Below, piece by piece: positions 47,386-57,112 of a stretch of 64,000 bases of DNA. Each line of letters starts with the position of its first letter. The first letter of the stretch is position 1. A model generated the notes under the pieces. That model was not told where the DNA came from. It did no database searches and was given only the letters and a program-made list of their open reading frames with translations. A program made the translations under genes and the position numbers. The stretch lies in NCBI GenBank assembly GCA_965206745.1, contig OZ242220.1:608001-672000 (forward strand), given 5' to 3'. This DNA is from Nitrosopumilus sp. Lineage in GTDB: Archaea; Thermoproteota; Nitrososphaeria; Nitrososphaerales; Nitrosopumilaceae.

Positions 47386-48807
47386 ATGAATAAGCGTATT
47401 AGCATGCTCTTTACTGTTATGGCAGTAGCTGTAATGGGGGCAACCTTATTCGGAAGCACATACACACAAACCCAGATTGCTGGACAATCACTTGACCTCT
47501 CCAAAATGGATGTCAACGTACTTGATCAAATCCATCAAATGGGCGGTTTACAACTTGTAATGCCTCAAGCATTCGCAGAAACTGATTGTGGTGCATTATC
47601 ACAAACTGGACGAGACGTAGTCGAGTTCAATTTGACTGGTGAAAGTGTCGAACTTCCAATCATGGGAGGAAAAACTTACAACGCCATGACCTTTAGTGGA
47701 CAAGTCCCAGGACCAACACTAAGAGTTACACAAGGAGATGTTGTAAAAATGACCCTAACAATTCCAGATGATGAAGTTACTGGACACGGTAACGACATGC
47801 ACGCATCTCAAATGTCAGCAACACACTTTGATTCCGTTAACCCGGGTGAAACAAGCATGTACTGCTACATTGCTGAATCTGCTGGCGTTTTCAAATACCA
47901 CTGTTCTGGTGTACACCTAATTGGCATGGACCAACACGTTCTTTCCGGCATGTACGGAATTGCAATCGTTGATCCTGTCGACGGATACAAAACCCTAATG
48001 GTAGAGAAAACAAAAGTTAGTGGGGGCGAAGTTTCATTAGATAGAATGTTCTATGATGCAGACGCATTAGAATTCCAACTCCAATACAACCAATTGTACC
48101 TAACACCTGAGGGCAACTATGATGCAGGAGCAATGTTCCAACATCATAATACTGCAACAGTTGTTAATGGAATGCAATTCGGTTATGTACCAAACATGGC
48201 TCATAACTTACTGGTCAATGGCGATGTAAACAAGAACATCTTTGTCGCACAACCATGGAATGGAATTGAACACAAGCAATACCAATCACAACTCTTGTTC
48301 GTTGAAAATGATCAACACGTGAGACTCTTTATCGAAAATCAGGGCAATGAACCAGTGTTTTTCCACATTGTTGGAGAAATCTTGGACAGAATTACCCAAG
48401 GTAACAGAGTACAATCCGCAGCAACTGAAACATGGTTACTCGGAGGCTCACAAAACATGATTGTTGACTTGGTCTTTGATGAACCTGGTGTATATGCAGC
48501 AGTAAACCACGATTATGCAGCAATTTACACTGGTGCAGCTACAGTATTTGTAGCCGGTGATCCGTTTGGCTTGAACTCTGTTCTAGTTGACAAAAATATC
48601 ATCCCAGCACCAGTAGCATCTTATGCATATGTCTTAGGCAATCCAAGTGATGCGGTTCCTCCAGTAGGAATGAACAGTATTGAGCATCCTGCCAAAAACA
48701 TTCACGGTTTAATGACTGATGAGATAGCTTCTGAAATGCAAGCAAGTGGCGACTATGTCGTATTATGGGAAGTAATTCCTATAGTGGCAGAAATCCTTAC
48801 TTCTTGA
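47386..48807 (+). CDS. nirK: Copper-containing nitrite reductase, archaeal type
   Basis: PGPTLRV, HGNDMH, YHC...HVLSGMYG, FHIVGE, VNHD; N-terminal signal (track start 47368). Confidence 0.92.
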   Translation: MNKRISMLFTVMAVAVMGATLFGSTYTQTQIAGQSLDLSKMDVNVLDQIHQMGGLQLVMPQAFAETDCGALSQTGRDVVEFNLTGESVELPIMGGKTYNAMTFSGQVPGPTLRVTQGDVVKMTLTIPDDEVTGHGNDMHASQMSATHFDSVNPGETSMYCYIAESAGVFKYHCSGVHLIGMDQHVLSGMYGIAIVDPVDGYKTLMVEKTKVSGGEVSLDRMFYDADALEFQLQYNQLYLTPEGNYDAGAMFQHHNTATVVNGMQFGYVPNMAHNLLVNGDVNKNIFVAQPWNGIEHKQYQSQLLFVENDQHVRLFIENQGNEPVFFHIVGEILDRITQGNRVQSAATETWLLGGSQNMIVDLVFDEPGVYAAVNHDYAAIYTGAATVFVAGDPFGLNSVLVDKNIIPAPVASYAYVLGNPSDAVPPVGMNSIEHPAKNIHGLMTDEIASEMQASGDYVVLWEVIPIVAEILTS

Positions 48808-48808
48808 T

Positions 48809-48836
48809 CTTTTAACCTTTTTTCTTTTTATTTTCT
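48809..48836 (+). terminator. Oligo-T archaeal terminator after nirK
   Basis: cttttaaccttttttctttttattttc directly after the stop. Confidence 0.55.
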
Positions 48837-48872
48837 TAATGAGTTATATTTCGTTGTTCCTTTTCATTTCTT

Positions 48873-49805
48873 ATGGGTTTTGATGATTCTGTACTGATTT
48901 GTGACGAAGTCGATCCCATACTGAATAAAATCCTGATAGATAATGGGCTAAAAGTATCATATGAACCTGAAATTACTCCGGAACAAATTTTGGAAAAGAT
49001 TCCATCTTTTAACATTGTAATTGTAAGAAGCCGAACCACAATCACAAAGGAGATGATAGAGCGAGCTGATAAGTGTAAGATAATTGCTAGAGTCGGAGTT
49101 GGATTGGATAACGTTGATCAGGATGCAGCTAAATCAAAAGATATTCGTGTCATCAATGCAGTAGAGGGAGCAATGAATGCAGTTGCAGAATTAGTTTTGG
49201 GTTTGATGTTGTCCCTTGCAAGACAAACCACTCGAGCCGATAGGGCAATAAGAAACGAACAGTGGCTCAAAAAAGAACTCAAGGGAACAGAGCTACGGGG
49301 AAAATATTTGGGAATTATTGGTTTGGGAAATATTGGTAAACGGTTGGGAAGACTTGCACGAGCGTTAAACATGAACATCATCGGTTATGATGTGGTTCCA
49401 ATTGATGAGGAATTTGCAAAGGAAGTTGGTTTGATGAAAGCTGACTTGAATACGCTTTTACAAAGTTCCGACTATGTTTCAATACATGTTCCCCTTTTAG
49501 ATTCCACATACCATCTTTTAGATGCAGAAAAAATGTCTACGATGAAAAAGACTGCAAAAATCATCAACACTTCCAGAGGTGGCGTTGTTGATGAATCTGC
49601 TCTTTATGATGCACTCAAAAATGGCACATTAGGTGGTGCGGCACTAGACGTGTTTGAAAAAGAACCTGCTATTGGGACAAGGCTTGCAGAACTTGACAAT
49701 GTAATTTTGACACCTCATATTGGTGCTCAAACAAAGGAGGCCCAATCCTTGGCTGCCAATGTCATTGCCGAAAAGATTATTCAGATTCTTCGTGGCGTAA
49801 TTTAG
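48873..49805 (+). CDS. serA: D-2-hydroxyacid/D-3-phosphoglycerate dehydrogenase
   Basis: RVGVGLDNVD, GLGNIG, NTSRG, TPHIGA. Confidence 0.75.
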   Translation: MGFDDSVLICDEVDPILNKILIDNGLKVSYEPEITPEQILEKIPSFNIVIVRSRTTITKEMIERADKCKIIARVGVGLDNVDQDAAKSKDIRVINAVEGAMNAVAELVLGLMLSLARQTTRADRAIRNEQWLKKELKGTELRGKYLGIIGLGNIGKRLGRLARALNMNIIGYDVVPIDEEFAKEVGLMKADLNTLLQSSDYVSIHVPLLDSTYHLLDAEKMSTMKKTAKIINTSRGGVVDESALYDALKNGTLGGAALDVFEKEPAIGTRLAELDNVILTPHIGAQTKEAQSLAANVIAEKIIQILRGVI

Positions 49806-49887
49806 TATAATTTCTGCTGAAACTATGCCAAAACGTGCATTGTTAAGTGGTTATTATTAACTAGTTAATGACCAAATAGATTTGTTC

Positions 49888-50724
49888 TTATTTCTTTTTT
49901 GCAAACAGCGATCCAATATGGTATTCATTTGAGAATCCTGTCTTTTCTGCCATCACATCAAAGTCTTTCATCTTTTCCTTTATTTCTTCAAGTTGGGACA
50001 TTTCCTTTAGGTGAAACTCCATTACTATCTGTGAAAATTTATCAAGATCTTTTGAATTCTTAATTATTTCGTATTCATATCCTTCACAATCCATCTTCAG
50101 TACTGGACTCTCTGATGGAAACTTTTCAAGCAAGGAATCAAGGGTTATGATCTCAATTTCATCTCCCTGTTTATCATATTCCAAAATACCATTACTGAAA
50201 AAATTCTTCTTGATCTTAATGGTTTCTGCATGTCCTCCTATCCCACACATCATAGGTGCAATGTTCTGTAACTTGTTTAGGTTGATATTGCGTAAAAGCA
50301 CTTCATAATTTGCTGGTACAGGCTCCACTGCTATTACTTTGGATGCTCCTTTGACTGCAAAGTACATTGAAGAGTCACCAATGTTTGCCCCTATATCAAA
50401 AACAGTTTTGTTTTTAACATCAAGTTTTTCGTATACTGATTTTGAGAATATGGATATAATATCCCCGTTGTAACGCCAGCCCTCAAAGACTAGTGATTTT
50501 CCCTCAAGCGGTACGTGTAGATGTTCTTTGGAATCAATTGTCATCCCTGTAGTATTTTTATCTGAAAGAAATACTAGATCATGACGATTGAATATTTTTG
50601 TAGTAGTACCATCCCTCAATCTTGCAGATATTGGAAATTCTGATTTTTTTGTCTTTGCTAGAACCGTTACCCAATTATCGAATGTATTACGAAGCGATAC
50701 TGCAGTTCTTATTTTTCCGAACAA
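49888..50724 (-). CDS. FkbM-family SAM methyltransferase
   Basis: FDIGANIG, AVEP, KMDCEGYE, MEFH. Confidence 0.88.
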   Translation of the reverse strand: MFGKIRTAVSLRNTFDNWVTVLAKTKKSEFPISARLRDGTTTKIFNRHDLVFLSDKNTTGMTIDSKEHLHVPLEGKSLVFEGWRYNGDIISIFSKSVYEKLDVKNKTVFDIGANIGDSSMYFAVKGASKVIAVEPVPANYEVLLRNINLNKLQNIAPMMCGIGGHAETIKIKKNFFSNGILEYDKQGDEIEIITLDSLLEKFPSESPVLKMDCEGYEYEIIKNSKDLDKFSQIVMEFHLKEMSQLEEIKEKMKDFDVMAEKTGFSNEYHIGSLFAKKK

Positions 50725-50924
50725 TAAAAATACTCAAAAAGTATGGCATTAATCTGTTATGGCTTGAACAGTTAAAACGATGAATGCAGAATCTTCTTTC
50801 ATAGGTTTGAGTTCTTTTCATCAACTGTCAACATTTGATATGATGGAATTTTGAATCAATCTTTCCATTTGTTTCCTTTTATCTTAATAATTGGTTGACC
50901 TAGTTAACCTCGTTAATTTTTGTA

Positions 50925-50942
50925 AACTTGGTTAACCAAGTT
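50925..50942. promoter_or_regulatory. Perfect 18-bp palindrome AACTTGGTTAACCAAGTT
   Basis: Seen directly; abuts a TTTTAAT box upstream of a small RHH-like ORF. Confidence 0.6.
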
Positions 50943-50972
50943 GTTTTAATCACGATTTTCTTTAGTTAATGT

Positions 50973-51122
50973 ATGAATGTAGTTGGAGCAAAACTTGATG
51001 ATTCTGATTATGAAGGATTTGAAACATTTTGTATGGATAAAAGCATCTCAAAAAATGAAATCAAGTTCAGATTCAGAAACAAAGATGTTACTGAGAAGAG
51101 GTTGGACGGATTCACGACATAA
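50973..51122 (+). pseudogene. Small or truncated ribbon-helix-helix-like ORF (49 aa)
   Basis: Hand translation MNVVGAKLDDSDYEGFETFCMDKSISKNEIKF...; beta-helix-helix pattern that appears broken after SKNE. Confidence 0.4.
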
Positions 51123-51534
51123 ACAGGTATTGAAAAGTCAAGATGGTGCATATGTCATATATGGCAAACCTTCAGGAACTTTTCAGTTTGATCATACCGA
51201 TGATAATCATAACAATGATGGTTTAGATAATTGTCAAGGGACTCTGAAGGATTATCATGGATATTGAACCCCCTAAATAGTGATAATATCTGAGATCACC
51301 TTCTTTACAGGTGTTAAATCCAAGAATTTTGGGATTATACGTGGAAAATCAGGATTGCCAAATCGTATCAGATCACCATTGAAAAGTAACTAGGAGAGAT
51401 CACCAATCTTGACCAGAATCTGATTTGATTTAGTTAACATTTACCTTAACTTTAAAAATAAGTAAAAAAGCTTGACTTTAACGTGACTAATTACCGCCTC
51501 TTCATTTTTAAGGCCTGTTTGGAGGTTTAATACT

Positions 51535-52533
51535 ATGATGAATGATTCTGCGATAAAGGAATTGCATCCTACAAAATATGTCAAATTGCCTAGTATCAAC
51601 TCTCTGTTGCAAATTTCACTTGGATTAATCCTGCTTGCCATGGTTTCATTTGCCCTAGTTTATGCTGAAACAATTACAGTAGATGTTGAAGGAACTTCAT
51701 ATGATGTTAATTATAATGCGACTGGAGTGGTTATTTCTGACATCGAGGTCGATACTCAATTTGTTGCTCTGATATTATCCGTTGACGTGTCTGAGTCAGG
51801 CGGCATGTTGGATATCGCGTTTGATCGTTCTTTCTTTGATACCACTGTTGACGGACTAGATGAAGAATTTCTTATTCTAGCAGATGGTGATGAACCAAAT
51901 TTTTCAGAAATTATAACTGATCAAAGTAGAACTTTGAGTGTTAAATTACCTGCAGGTACTGAGGAGGTTGAAATAATCGGTTCTACATTTGGTAGTCCTG
52001 CTTCTGTTGATACTCCTGATGTAGATGATGTCGCAGATCAAGCCGCAGCTGATCAGGCAGCCGCAGATCAAGCAGCGGCTGACAAGGCAGCAGCAGACCA
52101 AGCTGCCGCAGCTGATCAGGCAGCGGCAAATCAAGCAGCAGCAGACCAAGCTGTTGCAGACCAAGCTGCCGCCGACAAAGCCGCAGCTGATCAGGCAACA
52201 GCGGACAGAGCTGCTGCCGACAGAGCCGCAGCAGACCAAGCTGCCGCAGATCAAGCAGCAGCAGACCAAGCAATAGCAGACAATGCACGTTTAACAGAAT
52301 GTGGTCCTGGAACAATTCTTGAAGGTGGAGAATGTATTTTAGATCAAAGATGCGGCCCTGGAACCATTTTCAAAGATGGAGCATGTGTACTTGATTCAAC
52401 TTCACAACCCTCTGATTCTTCTCTAAACGGAATGGGCAAAGAATTGGTAATAGGATTTGTTATCGCATTTATAGTAGCAGGAATTGTCGGAGTTGTTTTC
52501 GGTATAATGGCCAAAGCCAGTAAGAGTAGCTAA
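51535..52533 (+). CDS. Membrane-anchored thaumarchaeal surface protein with Ala-rich stalk
   Basis: Signal peptide, PAGTEEVEIIGS domain, ADQAA repeats, two CGPGT motifs, C-terminal TM. Confidence 0.8.
   Translation: MMNDSAIKELHPTKYVKLPSINSLLQISLGLILLAMVSFALVYAETITVDVEGTSYDVNYNATGVVISDIEVDTQFVALILSVDVSESGGMLDIAFDRSFFDTTVDGLDEEFLILADGDEPNFSEIITDQSRTLSVKLPAGTEEVEIIGSTFGSPASVDTPDVDDVADQAAADQAAADQAAADKAAADQAAAADQAAANQAAADQAVADQAAADKAAADQATADRAAADRAAADQAAADQAAADQAIADNARLTECGPGTILEGGECILDQRCGPGTIFKDGACVLDSTSQPSDSSLNGMGKELVIGFVIAFIVAGIVGVVFGIMAKASKSS
52033..52275 (+). repeat. Degenerate 15-bp ADQAA pentapeptide repeats
   Basis: About 16 AD[QKR]AA-type units with synonymous variation. Confidence 0.85.
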
Positions 52534-53045
52534 TCACAAGACAAGTCTTCTGAATTCATATCTTTATCAAAATCAAATCCGGATATCTGAGTTATGGTTG
52601 AATACGGGATGATTCCTAAAATTGGCATATCTGCACGTACAGCCACGATGAGCTGGTTGGGATCAAGCCTGATCGCTCCTCCGTCAAACTCAAAATCCAG
52701 CGTCATGAACAGATGCTGAGCTGCAGATAATGCTTCTGATGAAAATATTCCCTTTTGTATTGCCGATGATAGCGGGTTTATTGTGGATGGTTCTACTGAA
52801 AATGTACCTAAATCATTTCCTTCAAAATATGGAGTAATTTGTAATTTCTCAAAACTGATCCAAAACGGCATTGGATTGCAGAATTCCATCGTTCCATGGT
52901 TTGACATTGTAAAAAAACTGAATTGTCCTGGATTGTCCCATCTGTATTCTAACTGCTGCACTCCAAAGATACTCAGTCCTGAATGCGCAAATGGCAGTAT
53001 GATGAGGATGATTGCAATGATTGTGATGATTGAATGCCTGTTCAT
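52530..53045 (-). CDS. Conserved thaumarchaeal membrane-anchored hypothetical protein
   Basis: N-terminal TM; ILGIIPYS motif; ATGA coupling to the upstream gene. Confidence 0.75.
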   Translation of the reverse strand: MNRHSIITIIAIILIILPFAHSGLSIFGVQQLEYRWDNPGQFSFFTMSNHGTMEFCNPMPFWISFEKLQITPYFEGNDLGTFSVEPSTINPLSSAIQKGIFSSEALSAAQHLFMTLDFEFDGGAIRLDPNQLIVAVRADMPILGIIPYSTITQISGFDFDKDMNSEDLSCD

Positions 53046-53701
53046 ATCTCCCTTTTCATTTCTTCTGGGAATCCGATGATGTTCCTTTCAAGCAAATTAT
53101 TTATGACTTTGGAAAATGTATCGTCTGATATTGCACCCTCCAGCCACCAAATTGCCACTATGGATACCCAATCTGGGATGTCAATTTCGTTCTTGTTGCT
53201 TTCATTAATTTCAAAGGGTATGTCTATTAGTCGTTTATCCACATCCCTTTGAATTGCATCTAAAAGGAATCCGTCTGAAATATATCCTGAAAGCCAACTA
53301 ATCATTATTTGCTTAATTGATCCTGAAAAGCAGATTGAATCTGATTCTACGAGTTCAAACTCTGCCGAATTTCTTGTTCCTGAATATTCCACACCTATGG
53401 TATATTTCCCTAGTGGAAATATTCCTGCCTCAAATGGTATTATTGATGGAATCGGATTTTGTAATTCTGTTATTGCTATTGGAATTGCACTGCTGCTTTT
53501 GCCTGATTCATCTATGATGTGAACTATTGCATGATCCCCTGTAACTTTAGAGACTTGAATTGTATAGAATAATTTTTCACAATAGCTGTACGTTGTTTTT
53601 TCCATTATTATCGACACTGTTGGCTCTGCATGAACTTGAGGCAAAAATGCCATAATTCCGATTACAAAAATTAACGACAATGTGAGCGTTTTGACTTTCA
53701 T
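53042..53701 (-). CDS. Secreted protein with thaumarchaeal IPxW...WW..G.ISD C-terminal repeat domain
   Basis: Signal peptide VHA-E; IPDWVSIVAIWWLEGAISDDTF. Confidence 0.78.
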   Translation of the reverse strand: MKVKTLTLSLIFVIGIMAFLPQVHAEPTVSIIMEKTTYSYCEKLFYTIQVSKVTGDHAIVHIIDESGKSSSAIPIAITELQNPIPSIIPFEAGIFPLGKYTIGVEYSGTRNSAEFELVESDSICFSGSIKQIMISWLSGYISDGFLLDAIQRDVDKRLIDIPFEINESNKNEIDIPDWVSIVAIWWLEGAISDDTFSKVINNLLERNIIGFPEEMKREI

Positions 53702-53790
53702 CTTTTTTAGATCTCTTATCGTTCAATAAAAATCTCAAAAAGCAGGCATTGAGAAATCCTTTTTAATGACTTGAACCTAATTATCTTATC

Positions 53791-54195
53791 GAGTTTTCTG
53801 CGAAAGCAAATTCTTTGGGTGTGAGACTTGTAATCTCCGCTCAAGGACATCTTCATTGATCAGTGTTCTTTGGGTATGATTTATGGCCAGAAAGTCTCTG
53901 ATTATAATTGATGAAAATCTAATTACTTGCAGACTCTATTAATTACAGTATGTCATATTTATGACAACATTATTCTTGAGAAATTCTGTATGGCACAGCA
54001 GTTTATGATGAACTCGGATAATCAACAAGCCAAGCCTCTATCTGAGAGACAGGTGAAACCTATTTTTGTCGACTGTATCACAATTATGGGATTAAGAAAG
54101 GCGCATCTTCAAAATTCCCATAATGTCAATCGTGACACAATCACCAAACGCAGTAATGGCAATTTGATTGAGGCCATCTTTGTAGCATCAAAAAC
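53791..54195 (+). ncRNA. Candidate ~400-nt structured non-coding RNA
   Basis: TATA-like box at ~53761; at least 8 consecutive hairpins with G-U pairs and GAAA tetraloops; no credible ORF. Confidence 0.55.
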
Positions 54196-54240
54196 TGTTT
54201 GAACATTTCAGTTATTAAAGGGGATTTTTCTATTCCTGAT

Positions 54241-54696
54241 ATGCCTAGTTATCAGGATCAAACGTGGATAAGGCTGTGGAAAGAAAATTCCCCTGAAATA
54301 CGTCAACGTGTTGTCGGATGGCGTAAGGAAAATGCAGTTACCCGTATTGACAAGCCAAGTAGATTACAAAGGGCCAGGAGGTTGGGCTACAAGGCAAAAC
54401 AAGGCATCATTGTAGTTAGAATGCGTGTTGGTACCGGTGGTATGAGAAAACAAAGACCCACTGGTGGTAGAAGACCAAAACATCTTGGCGTTACAAGAAT
54501 TAAAGCCGATGATAGTATGAAAACTGTTGCAAATAGAAGGGTTGTTCAAAGGTATCCAAATATGAAACTTTTAGGTTCTTACTTTGTCTATAAGGATGGT
54601 AAACATTATTGGTTTGAAGTTATTTTGGCAGATCCAGATCACCCCCGAATTGCTCAGGATAAAGAATTAACTAAAAGAATTCCTAGAACGGCATAA
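54241..54696 (+). CDS. rpl15e: 50S ribosomal protein L15e
   Basis: RARRLGYKAKQG, YPNMKLLGSY, WFEVILADP; probably leaderless with a TATA at ~54212 (track start 54199). Confidence 0.95.
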   Translation: MPSYQDQTWIRLWKENSPEIRQRVVGWRKENAVTRIDKPSRLQRARRLGYKAKQGIIVVRMRVGTGGMRKQRPTGGRRPKHLGVTRIKADDSMKTVANRRVVQRYPNMKLLGSYFVYKDGKHYWFEVILADPDHPRIAQDKELTKRIPRTA

Positions 54697-54697
54697 A

Positions 54698-55267
54698 TTG
54701 AAAGCCTTACCTTTGGTATTTGTTGTACTGTTTTTTGTATTAACTCCTGCACATGGGCTATTATCTGATGCCACTGGGTTGATAAATCGACTGGATATTC
54801 AAACTGGAGGCCATTCATTTGAAGTTAAGGTTGTCTCTAATTTTGACATATCTGATTTTGAGTTTGATAACGATGAGAAAAGATTAACTCTTCACATCAC
54901 AAGTGGGTTGGAGGACAACCTAGGGGAGATACTTATCCCACAGAGTCTTTTGGGTGGGAATTTCACATTTTATCTCAATGATCAAGAATATTTTCCTTTG
55001 GTAAATACAAGTGATGAAATTTCATTCATAACATTAAATTTTGTTGGATCTGGAGATCACTTGTTAGATATTATTGGAACCATTTACCTGTCGGGCTTGG
55101 CTGATGAGGATAAAATAGATGAAAACATCCCAGAACCCCGACAAAACACGTACGCTACTGCTGACTATTCTATCTGGGTTGTCTTGGCAGTATTGCTGAT
55201 AATAGTTGCAGCATATGTTGTAATGGTAATTAGGAAAAGAAATCAAGCAAAGATTGCTGACAAATAA
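54698..55267 (+). CDS. Membrane-anchored exported hypothetical protein
   Basis: Signal peptide; IPQSLLGG and LDIIGT motifs; C-terminal TM with basic tail. Confidence 0.78.
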   Translation: MKALPLVFVVLFFVLTPAHGLLSDATGLINRLDIQTGGHSFEVKVVSNFDISDFEFDNDEKRLTLHITSGLEDNLGEILIPQSLLGGNFTFYLNDQEYFPLVNTSDEISFITLNFVGSGDHLLDIIGTIYLSGLADEDKIDENIPEPRQNTYATADYSIWVVLAVLLIIVAAYVVMVIRKRNQAKIADK

Positions 55268-55268
55268 C

Positions 55269-55349
55269 ATGGATAATGCAAAAATTGCCTTGATTGGAGG
55301 ATTTGTTTCAGTGGTAGTGCTGTCTGCAGTGTTGTTTTTTGTCAGATGA
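55269..55349 (+). CDS. 26-aa single-TM microprotein
   Basis: Hand translation MDNAKIALIGGFVSVVVLSAVLFFVR; fills the whole intergenic gap. Confidence 0.5.
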   Translation: MDNAKIALIGGFVSVVVLSAVLFFVR

Positions 55350-55350
55350 T

Positions 55351-56016
55351 CTAGTCCTCACCAATTAATTTCTGAATCAATCTCTCTACATGACCTGATT
55401 GTCCAAATGATACGTCTCTGAGAACTCCTTTCCTGTCCACCACTATCATGGAGGGTGTGCCCTGTAAGGCAAATTTCTCAAATGTTTCGGCCGAGTATTC
55501 TTTGGATCTCATATAATTTTTCACTTTTTCAATGATTTGATTTTTGTATTCGTCTGGTTGAGAATCAAATTCTGGAATTTGTGGATAGATAAATTCCATT
55601 ATTTTTTCCTGACTAATCTCCCCTGAAGTTTTTGCAAGATTGTCCATTGCTAATGGAAATGGAATTTTAAATGATAGCTTGTTTCCATCTTGTAGCTGGC
55701 CATGTGACGAGAGTGCGTCTTTTGTTTCTCCAATGACCTCTCCCGTTTCAGCAAGCATTCTCAGATTCTCTAGTGTATTTTTATCAAAATCTTCAAAAGC
55801 AGTAGCCAGACCCAGGACTCTAACTCCTTGGTCCTTGTATTTGTTGTAGATGCTGATTGCCTCAGGAATTGCATGCATGAAACATCCTGGGCAATTCACC
55901 TGGAATACTTCTAAGAGCACAATGTGATCTTTTTCTTGATCAAAGTTTGTTGGGGCTCCCTGAACCCATTCTGAGACCCCGAAATTTGGTGCTTTTTGAC
56001 CTATTTTTACACTCAT
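55351..56016 (-). CDS. Thioredoxin-fold peroxiredoxin/TlpA-like protein
   Basis: FQVNCPGC, GTPS...VDRKG. Confidence 0.85.
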   Translation of the reverse strand: MSVKIGQKAPNFGVSEWVQGAPTNFDQEKDHIVLLEVFQVNCPGCFMHAIPEAISIYNKYKDQGVRVLGLATAFEDFDKNTLENLRMLAETGEVIGETKDALSSHGQLQDGNKLSFKIPFPLAMDNLAKTSGEISQEKIMEFIYPQIPEFDSQPDEYKNQIIEKVKNYMRSKEYSAETFEKFALQGTPSMIVVDRKGVLRDVSFGQSGHVERLIQKLIGED

Positions 56017-56114
56017 GACTAATTATTGGGTTTTTCCATTAAATAGATACCTCAACTGATTACCGATTTTTTCTCAAGTAACCTAATATAGGACATAAAA
56101 AATTTCAAAACAAA

Positions 56115-56603
56115 ATGCAGGCAATTACTGAAGATCGACTGGCACTTTTTGCAGAGATGGAATCAAAATATGAGCAAAAAGATACCGCGTATTTTGTTTC
56201 ACTTTTAGACCATCCCGATTATGTGGTAAGAACTAGGGTTGCATGTATTTTGGTTGATTTTGGAGGGGAAGATAAGATTCCTCACATTGCCAAAGTCTTG
56301 AAAAATGATGAAAATGAGCTAGTACGCCATGAGGCCGCTTTTGCATTGGGACAGATGTCCTATTCAAGTGCAATTCCGCCTTTGACTGATGCGACCCTCA
56401 ATGACTCAAGTATGTTTGTACGTCATGAGGCCGCAATAGCTTTGGGTGTTGTAGGCTCTAGAGAAGCAAAAGAAACCCTTCAAAAGGCACTAAATGATCC
56501 TGAAAAACCAGTCGTAGAGTCTGCAGTTGTTGCATTATCTAATATTGAATTTATGGAAAAATTAAGTAAGAATGAGAAATTTGCAAAGTTGACAGGTGGA
56601 TGA
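56115..56603 (+). CDS. HEAT-repeat (PBS lyase/DOHH-like) protein
   Basis: Two VRHEAA.ALG repeats. Confidence 0.85.
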   Translation: MQAITEDRLALFAEMESKYEQKDTAYFVSLLDHPDYVVRTRVACILVDFGGEDKIPHIAKVLKNDENELVRHEAAFALGQMSYSSAIPPLTDATLNDSSMFVRHEAAIALGVVGSREAKETLQKALNDPEKPVVESAVVALSNIEFMEKLSKNEKFAKLTGG

Positions 56604-57054
56604 GATGAATTTTTCTTATGGCATTATAGGTATAGTTGGAGTATTAGCTGCAATATCAATTGGATTCATAGCAATAGACCCTACTGATGTTATTGAACCA
56701 AGAGATGTATCGCCCTCTCCACTTGTACCGGCACCTGACCCAATACCTGAACCGACACCTCCTATAGTTTTAATTCCTGCAGGTTCCGGAGTTCCAGGTT
56801 GTGATGAGACTGACGAGTGCTACCTGCCGTATGAAATCACTGTACCTGCAAGTACGACCGTATTTTGGACTAATGATGATTCCACTGTTCACACCGTAAC
56901 TAGCAAATCTGCTTCAGATACGGGTGTTCCCATCTTTGATTCTGGAATAATTAGTTCTGGCTCTGATTACGAGTTTACATTTAACGATGCAGGATCTTTT
57001 GATTATTATTGCATAGTTCATCCTTGGATGATTGGCATCGTTGATGTGCAATAA
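56596..57054 (+). CDS. Membrane-anchored plastocyanin-like cupredoxin
   Basis: HTVTS and YYCIVHPWM type-1 Cu ligands; N-terminal TM. Confidence 0.92.
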   Translation: MDEMNFSYGIIGIVGVLAAISIGFIAIDPTDVIEPRDVSPSPLVPAPDPIPEPTPPIVLIPAGSGVPGCDETDECYLPYEITVPASTTVFWTNDDSTVHTVTSKSASDTGVPIFDSGIISSGSDYEFTFNDAGSFDYYCIVHPWMIGIVDVQ

Positions 57055-57112
57055 TTTGTCCTGAAATAAAGAAATACTGTTAATCGTGTTTGTCACCTGC
57101 TTGTCTTGAAAT

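Noticed and set aside
51946-52315. Cys-, Leu- or Gln-rich ORFs over the ADQAA repeats
   Set aside because: Alternative-frame artefacts of the repeat
54005-54045. C/D-box sRNA (ATGATGA...CTGA)
   Set aside because: Span is short, no clear C'/D' boxes, and the CTGA lies within a hairpin
53927-54202. 91-aa ORF in the intergenic region before rpl15e
   Set aside because: TTG start and no motifs; dense base pairing explains the region better
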